From Oikopleura dioica (taxonomy: Eukaryota; Animalia; Chordata), in the NCBI GenBank assembly GCA_907165135.1, contig OU015567.1:6138001-6202000 (forward strand): 64,000 nt of DNA, written 5' to 3'. Both the position numbers and the translations under genes were made by a program. The notes below the pieces were generated by a model. It did no database searches. It was given only the letters and a program-made list of their open reading frames with translations, and was not told the DNA's origin. Shown here piece by piece: positions 63,213 through 64,000 of this stretch (within the stretch, counting starts at the first letter, position 1; each line of letters begins with the position of its first letter).

Positions 63213-64000
63213 TCTGAACAAATCCGGGTTTGGAAATATAAATTTCCCAGAAAACAAACTGTTGTAAAACTGCATGGGTTCTGAGCCTCAAATTTATGAT
63301 TATTATGAGGCTTATCTTCTGAGAGACAAAAGCGGATAATCCGAAAATGAACGCAAATTCCAACATTTTTTACTACACGAATAAATGTGAATAATTGGAA
63401 GATAATCTGAACAGGGATGCTGATTTTTTTCGCTAGGGCGCGCGTCGCTTTTAAGCGGGCGCAAAAGTCTTTCGCCCGAGCGCAAATTTTGTTTCGGCTG
63501 GCGCTCTCCCGGACGATTTGAAAACTGCGCCAGGGATTATCGCGCCGATAAATTTTTGCGACGCCTGCGCGGGTGGACGCCGCCGCGGCGATATGATTTT
63601 TCGCTGATGATTCAGCTTTTTCCCTTTCAGTTCATTCTTGAAAATTCAACCCACATAGAGTCAAAAGAGCCTTCTAAGATGTGAAATAGGCCATCAATGA
63701 TTTCAGGCGAAAGTGATAATTTCAAAAAAATTTTTGCGGGTCCGGAAATCATAAAAAATCTGAAAGTGTAGTTTTCTTCAGCTCGTCGAGACGAGTCGAA
63801 TGATGGGTCAAACTATTGATGACTCCAAGGATTAACCGGTTAGCTGGCAATTTCCCGGAAAATACATTTCCCGTCGCCGTTTTTGTTCTAGAAATGCTAG
63901 AATGACAAAAAAAGCGGGAAACTGGTCCTTGAAGTTAGTTCTTGTGTGGGTGAAAAAATGAGAATCATATCTCCAACCATAAGATGCTTATCACCAAAAT

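Overview
Eukaryotic, gene-dense DNA with many 40-60 nt spliceosomal introns, and unpaired splice acceptors just upstream of most housekeeping start codons. This pattern fits an appendicularian tunicate such as Oikopleura (inference). Plus-strand genes: ankyrin-repeat 3' end, NUP98-96, STOML1, androglobin, ALIX, SNW1, EEF1G, a MYND protein, an ERI1-like exonuclease, ACTL6, TTK/Mps1, a divergent synapsin-like gene, a PY-rich membrane protein, an acidic protein and a Zn-finger protein. Minus-strand run: UROD, ACSS1, a GT31 B3GNT-like gene and RAB9. Best hunt results: (1) three intronless TATA-driven genes for small secreted basic peptides, one of which appears nested, same strand, in a 1-kb intron of the exonuclease, whose last catalytic exon lies beyond it; (2) a 5.1-kb hAT-like element with ~710-bp TIRs, an 8-bp TSD and an intron-containing transposase, inserted in a coding exon of a secreted Cys-rich gene; (3) a 2.4-kb TIR element carrying ~26 hairpin-forming 56-bp repeats; (4) several TTAA MITEs; (5) an androglobin and a synapsin-like protein that appear to have lost ligand-binding residues. 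All exon structures were read by hand and family names come from remembered motifs, not database searches.
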